64,000 bases of DNA from NCBI GenBank assembly GCA_965237675.1, contig OZ250150.1, positions 5,216,001-5,280,000 of the forward strand, given 5' to 3'. Under the pieces are notes generated by a model. It was not told the DNA's origin. It searched no databases and saw only the letters and a list, made by a program, of their open reading frames with translations. This DNA is from Candidatus Latescibacterota bacterium. Lineage in GTDB: Bacteria; Latescibacterota; UBA2968; GCA-2709665. A program made the position numbers and the translations under genes. This document shows, piece by piece, positions 29,319-39,500 of this stretch. Every line of letters starts with the position of its first letter. Positions within the stretch are counted from its first letter, which is position 1.

Positions 29319-30477
29319 CGGCGGGATTGCCGCCTACAAGGGCGTCGAAGTGCTTCGCGGTCTGCAGCGTGAGGGCGCCGAAGTGCGGGTGATGATGACC
29401 GCCGCCGCACAGCGCTTCATACGTCCGTTGACGTTTGAAGCGCTCTCCGGCCACCGTGTATACACCCACCTTTTCCCCGAGACGGGTGATCCGGAGGTGA
29501 TCCACGTCACGTTGGGCGAATGGCCCGACCGGATTCTCATTGCTCCGGCGACGGCCAACGTGATTGGCAAGATGGCCAACGGCCTGGCGGACGATCTGCT
29601 TACGTGCACGGTGCTTTCCAGTGAGGCATCCGTGATGCTGGCGCCGGCAATGGAAACGGCAATGTACCGACATCCCGCGTTATACCGCAATCTTCGGCGA
29701 CTTGCCGATATGGGGTATCGCCTGATTGGCCCGGAAGAGGGAGCGCTTGCATCGGGCCGTAGCGGAATGGGGCGGCTTGCGGATCCGGAACGAATCGTTT
29801 CGGAGGTCGTATCCACGGCGGCGAAATCCGGAGATCTTTCGGGCAGAAGGATTGTGGTGACGGGTGGACGGACCGAAGAAGATATCGACCCGGTTCGCTT
29901 TATCACAAATCGATCCACGGGTAAGATGGGTTACGCGGTGGCGCGCCGTGCCCGGCAGCGGGGTGCGGAGGTGGTACTGGTGAGTGGTCCGGGCGTTCTG
30001 GATCCGCCCGTGGGAGTAGACCTGATTCAAGTAAGAACGGTGTCTGAAATGCGCGCAGCGACCGAATCGGCATTTGAACTGGCGGATGCGCTGGTGATGA
30101 CGGCGGCCGTGTTGGACTTCAGACCGCGCGTTGTCTCTGAGAGAAAAATCAAGAAAAGAGCCAAAGGGCTGACTTTGGATCTGGTCTCAAACCACGATTT
30201 CTTGGCGGAATTGGGAGCACGAAAGAGAGATCGGGTTGTGGTCGGATTTGCGATGGAAACGGAAAATGGTCTGTCTAACGCACGAAAGAAACTGGAAGAG
30301 AAACACCTGGACCTGATTGCCTTGAACGATTTGAATGTGGCGGGCGCCGGATTCGGTGTCGACACCAATGTGGTCACGCTGATCGACGCGGACGGTGAGG
30401 TTGAACCATTGCCAAAAATGTCCAAGCTCGAGGTTGCAGACCGAATTCTAAATTGGGTAAAAAATCGGTGGACGTAA
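29284..30477 (+). CDS. coaBC: Phosphopantothenoylcysteine decarboxylase/ligase CoaBC
   Basis: GISGGIAAYK, APATAN, APAM, EDIDPVRFITNRSTGKMG, AAVLDF and VGFAME. Confidence 0.96.
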   Translation: MAGKMRVLLGISGGIAAYKGVEVLRGLQREGAEVRVMMTAAAQRFIRPLTFEALSGHRVYTHLFPETGDPEVIHVTLGEWPDRILIAPATANVIGKMANGLADDLLTCTVLSSEASVMLAPAMETAMYRHPALYRNLRRLADMGYRLIGPEEGALASGRSGMGRLADPERIVSEVVSTAAKSGDLSGRRIVVTGGRTEEDIDPVRFITNRSTGKMGYAVARRARQRGAEVVLVSGPGVLDPPVGVDLIQVRTVSEMRAATESAFELADALVMTAAVLDFRPRVVSERKIKKRAKGLTLDLVSNHDFLAELGARKRDRVVVGFAMETENGLSNARKKLEEKHLDLIALNDLNVAGAGFGVDTNVVTLIDADGEVEPLPKMSKLEVADRILNWVKNRWT

Positions 30478-31133
30478 ATGTCGAGGCGAAAGAGACGCTG
30501 GAAGCGGTGCGGACATTCGTTCAGACCCAGGCCGAATTTGGGCTGACCGAGTTTAAATTGACGGGCACGGACACAGGCGCACGGCTTGCCGATTTTGAGG
30601 CGTCCATACGCGACTGCCGCAAGTGCGGGCTTTCGGAGGGACGGCACACCGTTGTCTTTGGCAGTGGCAACCCGAATGCAGACCTGATGTTTATCGGGGA
30701 GGCTCCCGGCGCGGATGAAGACAGGAAGGGGCTGCCTTTTGTGGGGTCTGCGGGGGCGTTGCTGACGCGCATGATCGAGGCAATCGGCTTTCAGCGCGAC
30801 GAGGTCTATATCGCCAATGTGATTAAATGCAGGCCGCCGGGAAACCGAGACCCCCAGCGGGAAGAAGTGGATACCTGCAAGCCCTATCTGGAACGGCAGA
30901 TTGAGCATATACAGCCGGTTATAATCTGCGCGTTGGGTCTATTCGCCGCGCAGACGCTGTTGGATACGGATGAAACGATGGGCAGGCTGAGGGGGAGGCT
31001 CTTTTCCTACCGCGGTATTCATCTGATACCCACCTATCATCCTGCCGCACTCCTACGAAACCAGCAATGGAAGCGCCCCGCCTGGCAGGATTTGCAGCTT
31101 CTGAGACGAGTGTATGACGGCGCGGCCGGTTAG
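30453..31133 (+). CDS. Uracil-DNA glycosylase family 4
   Basis: CRKC Fe-S motif, [20 protein letters not shown] and TYHPAALLR. Start uncertain (GTG ~30468 possible). Confidence 0.93.
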   Translation: MGKKSVDVNVEAKETLEAVRTFVQTQAEFGLTEFKLTGTDTGARLADFEASIRDCRKCGLSEGRHTVVFGSGNPNADLMFIGEAPGADEDRKGLPFVGSAGALLTRMIEAIGFQRDEVYIANVIKCRPPGNRDPQREEVDTCKPYLERQIEHIQPVIICALGLFAAQTLLDTDETMGRLRGRLFSYRGIHLIPTYHPAALLRNQQWKRPAWQDLQLLRRVYDGAAG

Positions 31134-31193
31134 GGACACCCGGGTGTCCTGGTACCCGGGGTCGGAACCAGACCCCTCTTGGATTGTGATCCC

Positions 31194-32573
31194 ATGGCTT
31201 CTCAACCTAGAAGCGCACAGACATCCGCAGATCGTCCTCAGCCCCAGGCGCTGGAGGTTGAACGGGCAGTGCTGGGTGCCATGTTTATTGACAACGCGGC
31301 CATCAGTCGTGTGATTGAGGTCCTGGGTGATGAGACGGCGTTTTACCATACGGCAAACCGCAAGGTCTACGCGGCCGTACTCTCACTATTCGAGCGGGGA
31401 CTGCCGGTGGATGAGGTGACGGTTGTGGAGGAGTTGAAACGCCGCGGGCAATTTGAAGATGTGGGCGGGTACGCCTTTGTTGCAGGCCTGGGTGGCGAAA
31501 TGGCGACCAGCGCAAACGCGGAATACCATGCCAAAATCGTGCTCGAACGCGCTCAGCGCCGCAGGTTAATCGACGCTTCCACACAGACGATGACCGAGTG
31601 CTTCGACGACGCGGAAGATGTTCGAGAGGTGATCGACCGTGCGGAGCAACGGGTATTCCGGATCGCCGAGGGCGAACTCGGACAGGGTGTCGTCTCGCTT
31701 GAGTCCAAACTGCACGAGACACTTGAGCTGATTGAAAAGGCCCAAAAGCAGGGCGGCGCGCTGTCGGGCGTTACCACCGGATATCCTGATCTCGATGAAA
31801 TAACCGCCGGGATGCAGCCGTCGGACTTTATTGTAATTGCCTCCCGTCCGGCGATGGGAAAGACCGCGCTGACGCTGTGCATGGCGCGCAACGCCGCCGT
31901 AAAGGGCAAAACGCCGGTACTCTATTTCTCTCTGGAAATGAGTATGCAGCAGTTAGCGCAACGGTTGCTTTGTGCCGAAGCCCGTGTGTCTTCGCACCGA
32001 TTGCGTACAGGAAGGCTGTCAGAGGAGGAATGGCAGCGGCTGGCGACCTGGACCGGGAAGTTGTCGGAGGCGCCCTTTTTTATTGACGACACGCCAGGCA
32101 TCTCCATTCTGGAATTGCGGGCTAAGGCCCGGCGCGCGAAGATCGAGCACAGCATCGGCCTGATCGTTGTGGATTACCTGCAGCTGATGACGATCTCCGA
32201 GCGAATCGACAACCGGGAACAGGAAATCGCGCGCATTTCACGCTCGCTGAAGGCTTTGGCCAAGGAGCTGGATCTGCCCGTCGTTGCATGTGCACAGCTG
32301 TCACGTGCCGTTGAGTCCAGGACCGACAAACGGCCGCAGCTTTCCGATCTGCGCGAAAGCGGCAGCATAGAGCAGGACTCGGACGTCGTCGCGTTTCTGT
32401 ATCGGCCGGAAGTGTACGGCATACCGGACGAAGAGGGCAATCCACAGCAGGGGAAGGCTGAGATCATTATCGGCAAGCAGCGCAACGGCCCGACAGGCAG
32501 CGTATATCTCACGTTCCTGGGCGAGTATCTGCGATTTGAAGAAGCTGAGACCTATCGCGACGAGCCTTTTTGA
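31194..32573 (+). CDS. dnaB: Replicative DNA helicase
   Basis: PQALEVERAVLG, SRPAMGKT, FSLEM, VDYLQL, QLSR, DLRESGSIEQD and KQRNGP; no intein. Confidence 0.98.
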   Translation: MASQPRSAQTSADRPQPQALEVERAVLGAMFIDNAAISRVIEVLGDETAFYHTANRKVYAAVLSLFERGLPVDEVTVVEELKRRGQFEDVGGYAFVAGLGGEMATSANAEYHAKIVLERAQRRRLIDASTQTMTECFDDAEDVREVIDRAEQRVFRIAEGELGQGVVSLESKLHETLELIEKAQKQGGALSGVTTGYPDLDEITAGMQPSDFIVIASRPAMGKTALTLCMARNAAVKGKTPVLYFSLEMSMQQLAQRLLCAEARVSSHRLRTGRLSEEEWQRLATWTGKLSEAPFFIDDTPGISILELRAKARRAKIEHSIGLIVVDYLQLMTISERIDNREQEIARISRSLKALAKELDLPVVACAQLSRAVESRTDKRPQLSDLRESGSIEQDSDVVAFLYRPEVYGIPDEEGNPQQGKAEIIIGKQRNGPTGSVYLTFLGEYLRFEEAETYRDEPF

Positions 32574-32656
32574 CTGCAAGCGTTCAGGAAGTCGCATCGG
32601 GAGGGCAAGCGGCCGGCCTTCCCGACAGCGACCGTAAACGATAACGGGTCGAATCA

Positions 32657-33322
32657 ATGGAAATGTCATTTCGAGGGATGGATATGGAAGGTCACCGATC
32701 ACCAGTGAGGGTATCCAAGCTGCTGTCTCTAATGCTTCGGCATCGGCCGGAAGAGTTCGGCATTGAAGTCGACGGGTACGGCTATGCGGATTTCGACGCG
32801 GTGTTATCCGCACTGAAGAAACAGGATGAAGATATCGAAGCCGGAGATGTCGAAGCACTGGTTTATGAAGCCGAAAAAAAACGGTTTGAGATTGTCGAGG
32901 GGCGAATTCGGGCGCGCTATGGGCATAGCTTTGCCATGGAACTGGGAATCGATCCAGTGGAACCACCTGAAACCCTCTATAAGGGCTCAAGTGTCGCGGA
33001 AGTGGACGAAATTCTCAAATCAGGGTTGAAGCCGGTAGACAGGCAGTATGTACACCTCTCGTTCGAAGCGGGCGTGGCGCAGAGGCTGGCTGGACACAGG
33101 CAGGAGCCCGGTGCTGTAATCCAGGTGGAGGCACGTCATGCCGCCGCGGACGGTATTCAATTTTTCGACTGTGGACCCACGATTCTTGCAAGGGAGATTC
33201 CGCCTGATTTTCTCTCGATCGCAGAGACGCCGAGGACGGCTTCAGATAAAGGCGTGACGAAGAAACAAAACGAAGAACCGGTAACGTACGGAAGAAAACG
33301 TCGATTTTCGTCCCGGAGATAG
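32657..33322 (+). CDS. kptA: RNA 2'-phosphotransferase (Tpt1/KptA)
   Basis: SKLLSLMLRH, KKRF, IRARYGHS and RQYVHLS. Confidence 0.92.
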   Translation: MEMSFRGMDMEGHRSPVRVSKLLSLMLRHRPEEFGIEVDGYGYADFDAVLSALKKQDEDIEAGDVEALVYEAEKKRFEIVEGRIRARYGHSFAMELGIDPVEPPETLYKGSSVAEVDEILKSGLKPVDRQYVHLSFEAGVAQRLAGHRQEPGAVIQVEARHAAADGIQFFDCGPTILAREIPPDFLSIAETPRTASDKGVTKKQNEEPVTYGRKRRFSSRR

Positions 33323-33427
33323 TACACGCCCGGTGTCTCTGCGGAGGCAGGTCGAGAATGACGCTGTTTCCGGGCTGTTCGACATTCTCTATTGGATCTC
33401 ACCCTCCCGTTTTCTTTTCTACCCTCG

Positions 33428-33582
33428 TGTTCTGTCCTGGAAATATGTCACCATTCATCCGCCTGTCTGCGTGCGTGTGTCAGCACGCACAGGCAGGCCG
33501 GTTGATCCCGTCTCGCCCAGACGCCTTGCGAGCCGGGCGACTCGTCGGCCGAATTTCGGCGATCTATTTCAGGGACAGAACA
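33428..33582. mobile_element. 155-bp MITE-like element, family B, with internal REP-like hairpin
   Basis: TIRs tgttctgtcctggaaata (33428-45) and tatttcagggacagaaca (33565-82), 16/18. Left 34 bp also occur at 5331. Internal hairpin gcctgtctgcgtgc...gcacgcacaggcaggc. Confidence 0.7.
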
Positions 33583-33611
33583 CGAATTCATCGACGGAAG
33601 ATCGACATCCG

Positions 33612-34508
33612 ATGGCAAAACAAGATCGATCCAAAGCCCACGCCCTATTGAAGACGGCCGCTAAACTGTCCGGCGAGATTGGCGCCGACCTCGTGTTACT
33701 CGTGGCTGATTCCGGCGTGAACCGGACGGCAGTGCAAGCTCTCAATGAGGTCTGTCCGGTGCTGCTGGTCACCCGCCGCAACCGGTTCCTTCAAGGGATA
33801 GAGGCGGCGGGCATCCGCAGGGTGAGGTCTGATTTTGACCTTGACAATGTTTCCAATTTCGAACGGGTACGACAGGGCATTATTCTGGGCATGGAGGGCG
33901 GTCACGTCGATAAGGGCAGCCGGCTGATCTGCCTTACAAATGTTATGGATCAAGGCGGCGTGGACACGCTGATGACGGTCGACACGCGCTGGGAATTCGA
34001 GGGCTTCGATCCGGAAAGCCTGGCCATGCTGGCCGGCGATCTGTCGATTGAAGTGGTCAAAGCAGTCCTGGATATCGCCCTTGACATCGGACGGGAGGGC
34101 CGGGAAGGAGAACAGGTTGGCACCCTCTTTGTCCTTGGCGATTCGGACCGCGTGCTGGCAAATTCCCGGGTGATGACGTATGATCCGTTCCGTGGATATT
34201 CAAGACGGGAGCGGAACATCTGCGATCCCGACAACCGGGAAGGCGTGAAAGAGGTTGCTTTAATGGACGGCGCTTTCATCGTCCAGGAGGACGGGGTCAT
34301 CCGTTCGGGGTGTCGGTATATCACCTCCGATGTGAAGGGGCTCGCACTACCGAAGGGGTTGGGGGCACGCCATGTTGCGGCAGCGGCGGTAACCAAGAAC
34401 ACCAAAGCCATCGCGGTGGCGGTTTCGGAATCTACCGGAACGGTACGGGCTTTCAGGCGCGGAGAGATTGTGCTCCGGCGGGACCCGCACCGCCGCACCG
34501 CCCGTTAA
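33612..34508 (+). CDS. Diadenylate cyclase (DisA_N domain, DacZ-like architecture)
   Basis: EGREGEQVGTLFVLGD, MDGAF, GLGARH and AVSESTG; extra N-terminal alpha/beta domain; no TM. Confidence 0.88.
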   Translation: MAKQDRSKAHALLKTAAKLSGEIGADLVLLVADSGVNRTAVQALNEVCPVLLVTRRNRFLQGIEAAGIRRVRSDFDLDNVSNFERVRQGIILGMEGGHVDKGSRLICLTNVMDQGGVDTLMTVDTRWEFEGFDPESLAMLAGDLSIEVVKAVLDIALDIGREGREGEQVGTLFVLGDSDRVLANSRVMTYDPFRGYSRRERNICDPDNREGVKEVALMDGAFIVQEDGVIRSGCRYITSDVKGLALPKGLGARHVAAAAVTKNTKAIAVAVSESTGTVRAFRRGEIVLRRDPHRRTAR

Positions 34509-34616
34509 GTGGTCGTTTCGGGTTGCTGTACACGGGAAGGAACCGGGTGGTTGCTAAGGAAACTGGGGATCCCGACGGTCGATCGCACATGCACGTTCGA
34601 ACCGACACGTTGGGAA

Positions 34617-35129
34617 ATGGACACGATGAAGATTCGGTTGATGCAGCGCAAGAACACGATAAACGCGGTCATTGGGGATGATGTTCAACCGGTGGCCAGG
34701 GTCGCCAGGGCGTTCCCTAAAAGCAATCCGCACCATTTCGTGGGATTATTGGGAGACGACGGCCACGAGATCTTTCTGATTGAAGACCCCGGCACGCTGG
34801 ACGGGACGTCTCGGAAATTGTTGGATGCGGCGTTGAAAGACGCCTATTTTATTCCCGGAATTCGAGAAATACGTTCGATGGCACCTGATGGGACGGGCGG
34901 TGTATGGACCGTGCTTACGAAAGATGGAGAAATGGTGTTCCGTACGCAGGACCGTGAAGCGCTGGATGGTTCGGAACCGCCGTCCATCACGGTAACGGAC
35001 GAGAACGGCAGGCGATATCTGATCGAGGACTACTGGGCGCTGGACCGGGATAGTCGAAATGCAATTCGAGATATCGTTCCGGATGAGGTCATGCGGCGAC
35101 GGGCGAGGGTTGTTTCAGTCCGCCGTTAG
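34617..35129 (+). CDS. DUF1854-like protein
   Basis: RAFP.SNP...VGLL.DDGHEI.LIEDP..LD..SR, YFIP.I..I, W.V.T..G and D.NGRRYLI.D...LD..SR. Confidence 0.7.
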   Translation: MDTMKIRLMQRKNTINAVIGDDVQPVARVARAFPKSNPHHFVGLLGDDGHEIFLIEDPGTLDGTSRKLLDAALKDAYFIPGIREIRSMAPDGTGGVWTVLTKDGEMVFRTQDREALDGSEPPSITVTDENGRRYLIEDYWALDRDSRNAIRDIVPDEVMRRRARVVSVRR

Positions 35130-35155
35130 CAACACACCCTTAAAAGGGTGCAATT

Positions 35156-36466
35156 ATGGAGGAAGGGCAACGCAGGTTTTTGATTTCTGGAGTCCTGATC
35201 GGACTGTGTGCAATCGGAATGCTGGCACTGGGCGAAGTTCGTTACCGGATGCCACTTTTTTTTGGGCTATTCGCCGCGTGGATGATTATCTACATGGTGG
35301 CCGTCTGGCATTGTACGACAGCGTCTCTAAAGACTGTGGTGCTGTTTGGTATATTATTCCGTGTCATCTTACTCTTTTCGCCACCCGGCCTTTCGGATGA
35401 CGTGTATAGGTACCTCTGGGACGGGCGTGTCCAGGCTGCAGGGATCAATCCTTACGCGTTTCCACCGGCTTCTGAGGAACTCGCCCATCTGAGAGACGAT
35501 GAGGTGTTCCCCGAAGTGAACCATCCGGATGTGCCTACCATCTATCCACCGCTTGGGCAGATATTTTTTCGAATATGTTATCTTGTGTATCCGTCGATCT
35601 GGACAATAAAAACAGCCCTGGTCCTTTTCGATCTGTTAACGGCGTGGTTCCTGCTGGGTTTGATCCGGCTTTACGATCAGCATCCGGGGCAATTGCTCAT
35701 TTACCTCTGGCATCCCCTGTTACTGGTAGAGGTGGCGGGTAACGGCCATATAGACGCGCTGGGCGTGGCCTTCGTGGTGTTTGCTTTCCTGTATCTTCAA
35801 GTTGGGGGTTACGGGAGGGCGTTCGCCGCGCTGGCCCTCTCCTGTTTGAGCAAGTTCTTTGCCATTTGTCTGTTACCGGTCTTTTGGCGGTGGATCTGCG
35901 GGAGAACCGCCCGTAGATATGAAGGGCGGCTCCCGGCCGGCTTCAGGCCACAGACCGTCTGGCCGGTTGTGATCTTCGCGGCGCTAGTGGCCGGTGGGTA
36001 CCTGCCATACCTGGAAGCGGGAGAAAACCTGTTTGCAGGGTTGCTCATATATGCCGAGCACTGGAGCTTCAACGCGCCGGTCTTCGACATCCTGAGCCAT
36101 CTATTGGGAAATCCGTTTTGGGCGCGAACGGTCATCGCCGTTGTGTTTGCCGGGGCGGTGATTCTACTCACGTTCAGCCGGATGCCGCCGATTCAGGTCG
36201 GATTCTTCCTTGTCGGCACCTTCTTGTTAATCACGCCGACATTGCACCCATGGTATGCCATCTGGATAATACCCTTCATGGTATTTTACAGGCAACCGGC
36301 TTGGCTGGTTTTTACTGGCCTTATCGCAATTTCGTATCACGTCGTGATAAAATATGCGAGCGAAGGGATATGGGAGGAGGCAGTCTGGGTAAAGTGTGTC
36401 CTTTTCGGCGGATTTGCCCTTGTCTGGATATTCGAAAGGATAAAGCGACGACGGGGTGAGACTTGA
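35156..36466 (+). CDS. GT-C fold membrane glycosyltransferase (GT87-like)
   Basis: SDDVYRYLWDG, GINPY, TIYPP, WHPLLLVE, GHID and HPWY; multi-TM. Confidence 0.85.
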   Translation: MEEGQRRFLISGVLIGLCAIGMLALGEVRYRMPLFFGLFAAWMIIYMVAVWHCTTASLKTVVLFGILFRVILLFSPPGLSDDVYRYLWDGRVQAAGINPYAFPPASEELAHLRDDEVFPEVNHPDVPTIYPPLGQIFFRICYLVYPSIWTIKTALVLFDLLTAWFLLGLIRLYDQHPGQLLIYLWHPLLLVEVAGNGHIDALGVAFVVFAFLYLQVGGYGRAFAALALSCLSKFFAICLLPVFWRWICGRTARRYEGRLPAGFRPQTVWPVVIFAALVAGGYLPYLEAGENLFAGLLIYAEHWSFNAPVFDILSHLLGNPFWARTVIAVVFAGAVILLTFSRMPPIQVGFFLVGTFLLITPTLHPWYAIWIIPFMVFYRQPAWLVFTGLIAISYHVVIKYASEGIWEEAVWVKCVLFGGFALVWIFERIKRRRGET

Positions 36467-36476
36467 GACCAGCCAG

Positions 36477-36510
36477 GAAACGCCGTTCGGAATGAACGGC
36501 GTTTCTTTTT
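36477..36510 (+). terminator. Rho-independent terminator
   Basis: gaaacgccgttc-ggaat-gaacggcgtttc followed by ttttt, between convergent genes. Confidence 0.8.
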
Positions 36511-36586
36511 GTCTGTACGAGAGCAACACGACAGGCAACGGTAGCAAGAATCGAAAGGCCGGGACGTTCCGCCGTGCTCCTGCAGC

Positions 36587-39500
36587 CTATGCCGTGCTGC
36601 CGAACAGGAGAGCAAACCGCCAGAAGTCCGAGAAGGCGACTTCACCATCGTTGTCCAGATCGAACCGGGGATCGTTGGATCCGAAAGCGAGGGCAAAAAG
36701 CAGAAAATCCGAAAAGTCGACCCGGCCGTTTCCGCTGAAGTCGGCGTTGCCCGCGGCTGTGAAACCTGTCTGACCGGTCACAAAGGTAATGCTGGTATAC
36801 CCGGGTGCAAGGGGGACGCCCGACGAGTCTGCGGCCATGGAAAGGGTAAGGCTGTACGCACGACCGGCGCCAAAGGGTATCGAAAACGATAAGAGGACGC
36901 GCTGGCTCGTGCGGTCCAGAATCCCGGAGGTCGGGCGACCCAGGGTAGGTGCGACGGTATATCCGTGTGGATCGGCCGTTTCGGCTGCCATCGGCTCATT
37001 GAATGTAAGTGAGAGGCTGTGCGCGTGGAGGACTTCGACGCGATTCAGTTCCGGAGCCGGGTTCGGGCGAACGGTGTGCGTCTCGGAGCGGATTTCGTCG
37101 CCATTGGGCAACGTGGCAACGACAACGTAACGATAGATTCGGTTTTCAGCGAGGCCGGTGTCCGTGTGGGAATTGGCTGTCAGGTTGTCAATAAGAAGAG
37201 TGGGCGTACTCCCGTTGACGCCGCGAAGGATCCGATAGGTGGCAGCACCTCCTGTATACGCCCAGGTGAGCCGGGCGCTGGCCGGTCCCAGAGGGTCGGC
37301 CTGAACAACCTGCAGGGTCCTCGTGACAACCGCCTCGGTACGTTCCATCAGACGCACGGCGCCGTCCCTGTTGTAGAGAAGCTCGGCATAACCGTCTTTG
37401 TCCAGGTCCGCAATGAGAGGACGGTGCGTGACCGAAACGGTTTCGTGCCAGAAGGGCTCGTAGGCATCCGGCCCCGTGGCGCGAATGAGGTATAGATCCG
37501 GTCGCAGACAGACGGCCAGGTCGGGTATACCGTTGCCGTCCACATCGCCCGTTGCTATGCCGTTACCCGTTGAAATCACGCCCGAGACACGAATCGACCA
37601 CTCCAGAGCGTAGGTGGAGCGGCCGTCCCAGCTGTAGATCTCGAGGGTCCAGCGACCGTTGAGCGCGTCGTTTCGGTCTTCCTCCGCACGGGCGACGGCG
37701 AATTCCACGTCGCCGTCATTGTCAATATCGGCCCCGCCGCCTATCCATTGGGTGTTGGTGCCGTCACTGCCCGCCATTTTCCAGGTCTGTACGAAGCCGC
37801 CGCCCGGCCGGGCTTCGTAGATCCACAGGTCTCCGTCGTCGTCGCCGGAGAGGATTTCTTTCCGGCCATTGTCGTTCATATCCGCAATGACAAATCGGGG
37901 ACCGGGCCAGTTGAAGCCTTCGGTCGGGTTCGGGAGCAGGGCGGTTTCCTCGAAAGCGCCTTCCGGCGTACTCTTCAGTATCCGAATGCCCGGCGCGAGT
38001 GCCGACCGGGCTACGATTTCGTTTCTGCCGTCGCCGTCGATATCGACGATTTCGCCGCCCTCGGCTGGAGACTGGTCCAGAAGGGTTTCGGAAGGGAAGG
38101 GAGTCCCTGCAAAGAGCCGGAGGCGCGCGATGCTGGTGCGGGGAAAGTTGATGCCGAGTAGGTCGGTTCGGCCGTCGTTGTTTGCATCACCCACAGCCCA
38201 GGGAAGAAACGACTCAGTGGTCTGGAAGACGGTTGTGAAGTTTCCGTCGTCGTCACGTTCCATGATCCGGTTCATGTTGTAAGGACGGCCGCTAACGTAG
38301 GGCATCAGTACGATTTCGGGTCGCCCGTCCATGTCAAAGTCTGCGACCTCGTCCGCAAGAAACCCATCGGGCAGCGTATCGACCTGAACAAAACCACGGG
38401 CGGAGATACGCAGCGGATTTACCGTAAATGTCATCGGTTCGGAAAACGCGGCCTGTCCGGCGGCATCCCGTGCCATAATGCGGTATACCAGGGGTCCCGG
38501 GGCGAGGTCCGGGGGCAGGGTGACGCTGTGACGGGTGTAGACAATGTCCGAAAAAAGGCTGTCTTCTCGTGTCGTCGTAGACGAACGGTAGATCAGAGCG
38601 CCCCTTGTGGGGCGTCGGGTGTGCCAGACGGCATGGTAAGTCTGGCGGTTTCCTATGAGTATGGGTGAGAAAGACGCCTTCGATATAACCGGTGAAGCAC
38701 GCCGGATGCCGATTCGAACCCGATCTTCCAGGTTCGTGCCGTCGGTTAGCCGGGCCATCAGCCGCACGATGGCGGAGGTGTCGGCCGGCGTACCCGGCGT
38801 CCAGGAGTGCCGGATGTCCGGACTTGACGGTCCACCGGCGAGGCGGAGCCAGGATTGAGGATCTTCACCCAGGCCCCAGGAAAGTTCGTAGGTGACAACA
38901 TTGGGACCTGTGGCCCGAGCGACGATGTCAAAGTTCTGGCTGGCGCTGTCGTCCGTCTGGGGATGGTCGATGTGCACGACGGGGGGATTGGCCCATCGTG
39001 TGAGTTTTTCGAGCAGTATCGCCGCATCGATGCGGCCGGCACCGCCGCTGCTGTCCCAACCATTGGGCCCGAGGTCGATCACGGACGCGACGAGCAGCGA
39101 ACGAACCTGTTCGGCAGTGAGTTCAGGACGACGGGAGAGAATAAGCGCGGCCAGGCCCGAGATATGGGGCGCCGCGAAGGACGTGCCGGAGGCGTGCCGG
39201 TACGCATGCCCTGGCCACGTTGTGAGTGTGCCGGCACCGGGCGCGACCAGGTCCAGCGGAACTCCCCTGCTGCTGAACCCGGCAATCCGGTCCTGGGGCG
39301 CCGTGGCCCCCACGGCAATGGTTTCGTCCATGGCTGCAGGGTAAGACAGACCGAATTCACCGCTATTTCCAGCGGAACTGACGAGGACAAGGCCACTCGC
39401 AGCCGCATAGCGCACCGCGTCGTGGATTAGGAACGCGCTTTCCGGTCCCCCCCAGCTCATATTGATGACATGTGCTCCGTTTTCCACGGCATAGAGAATG

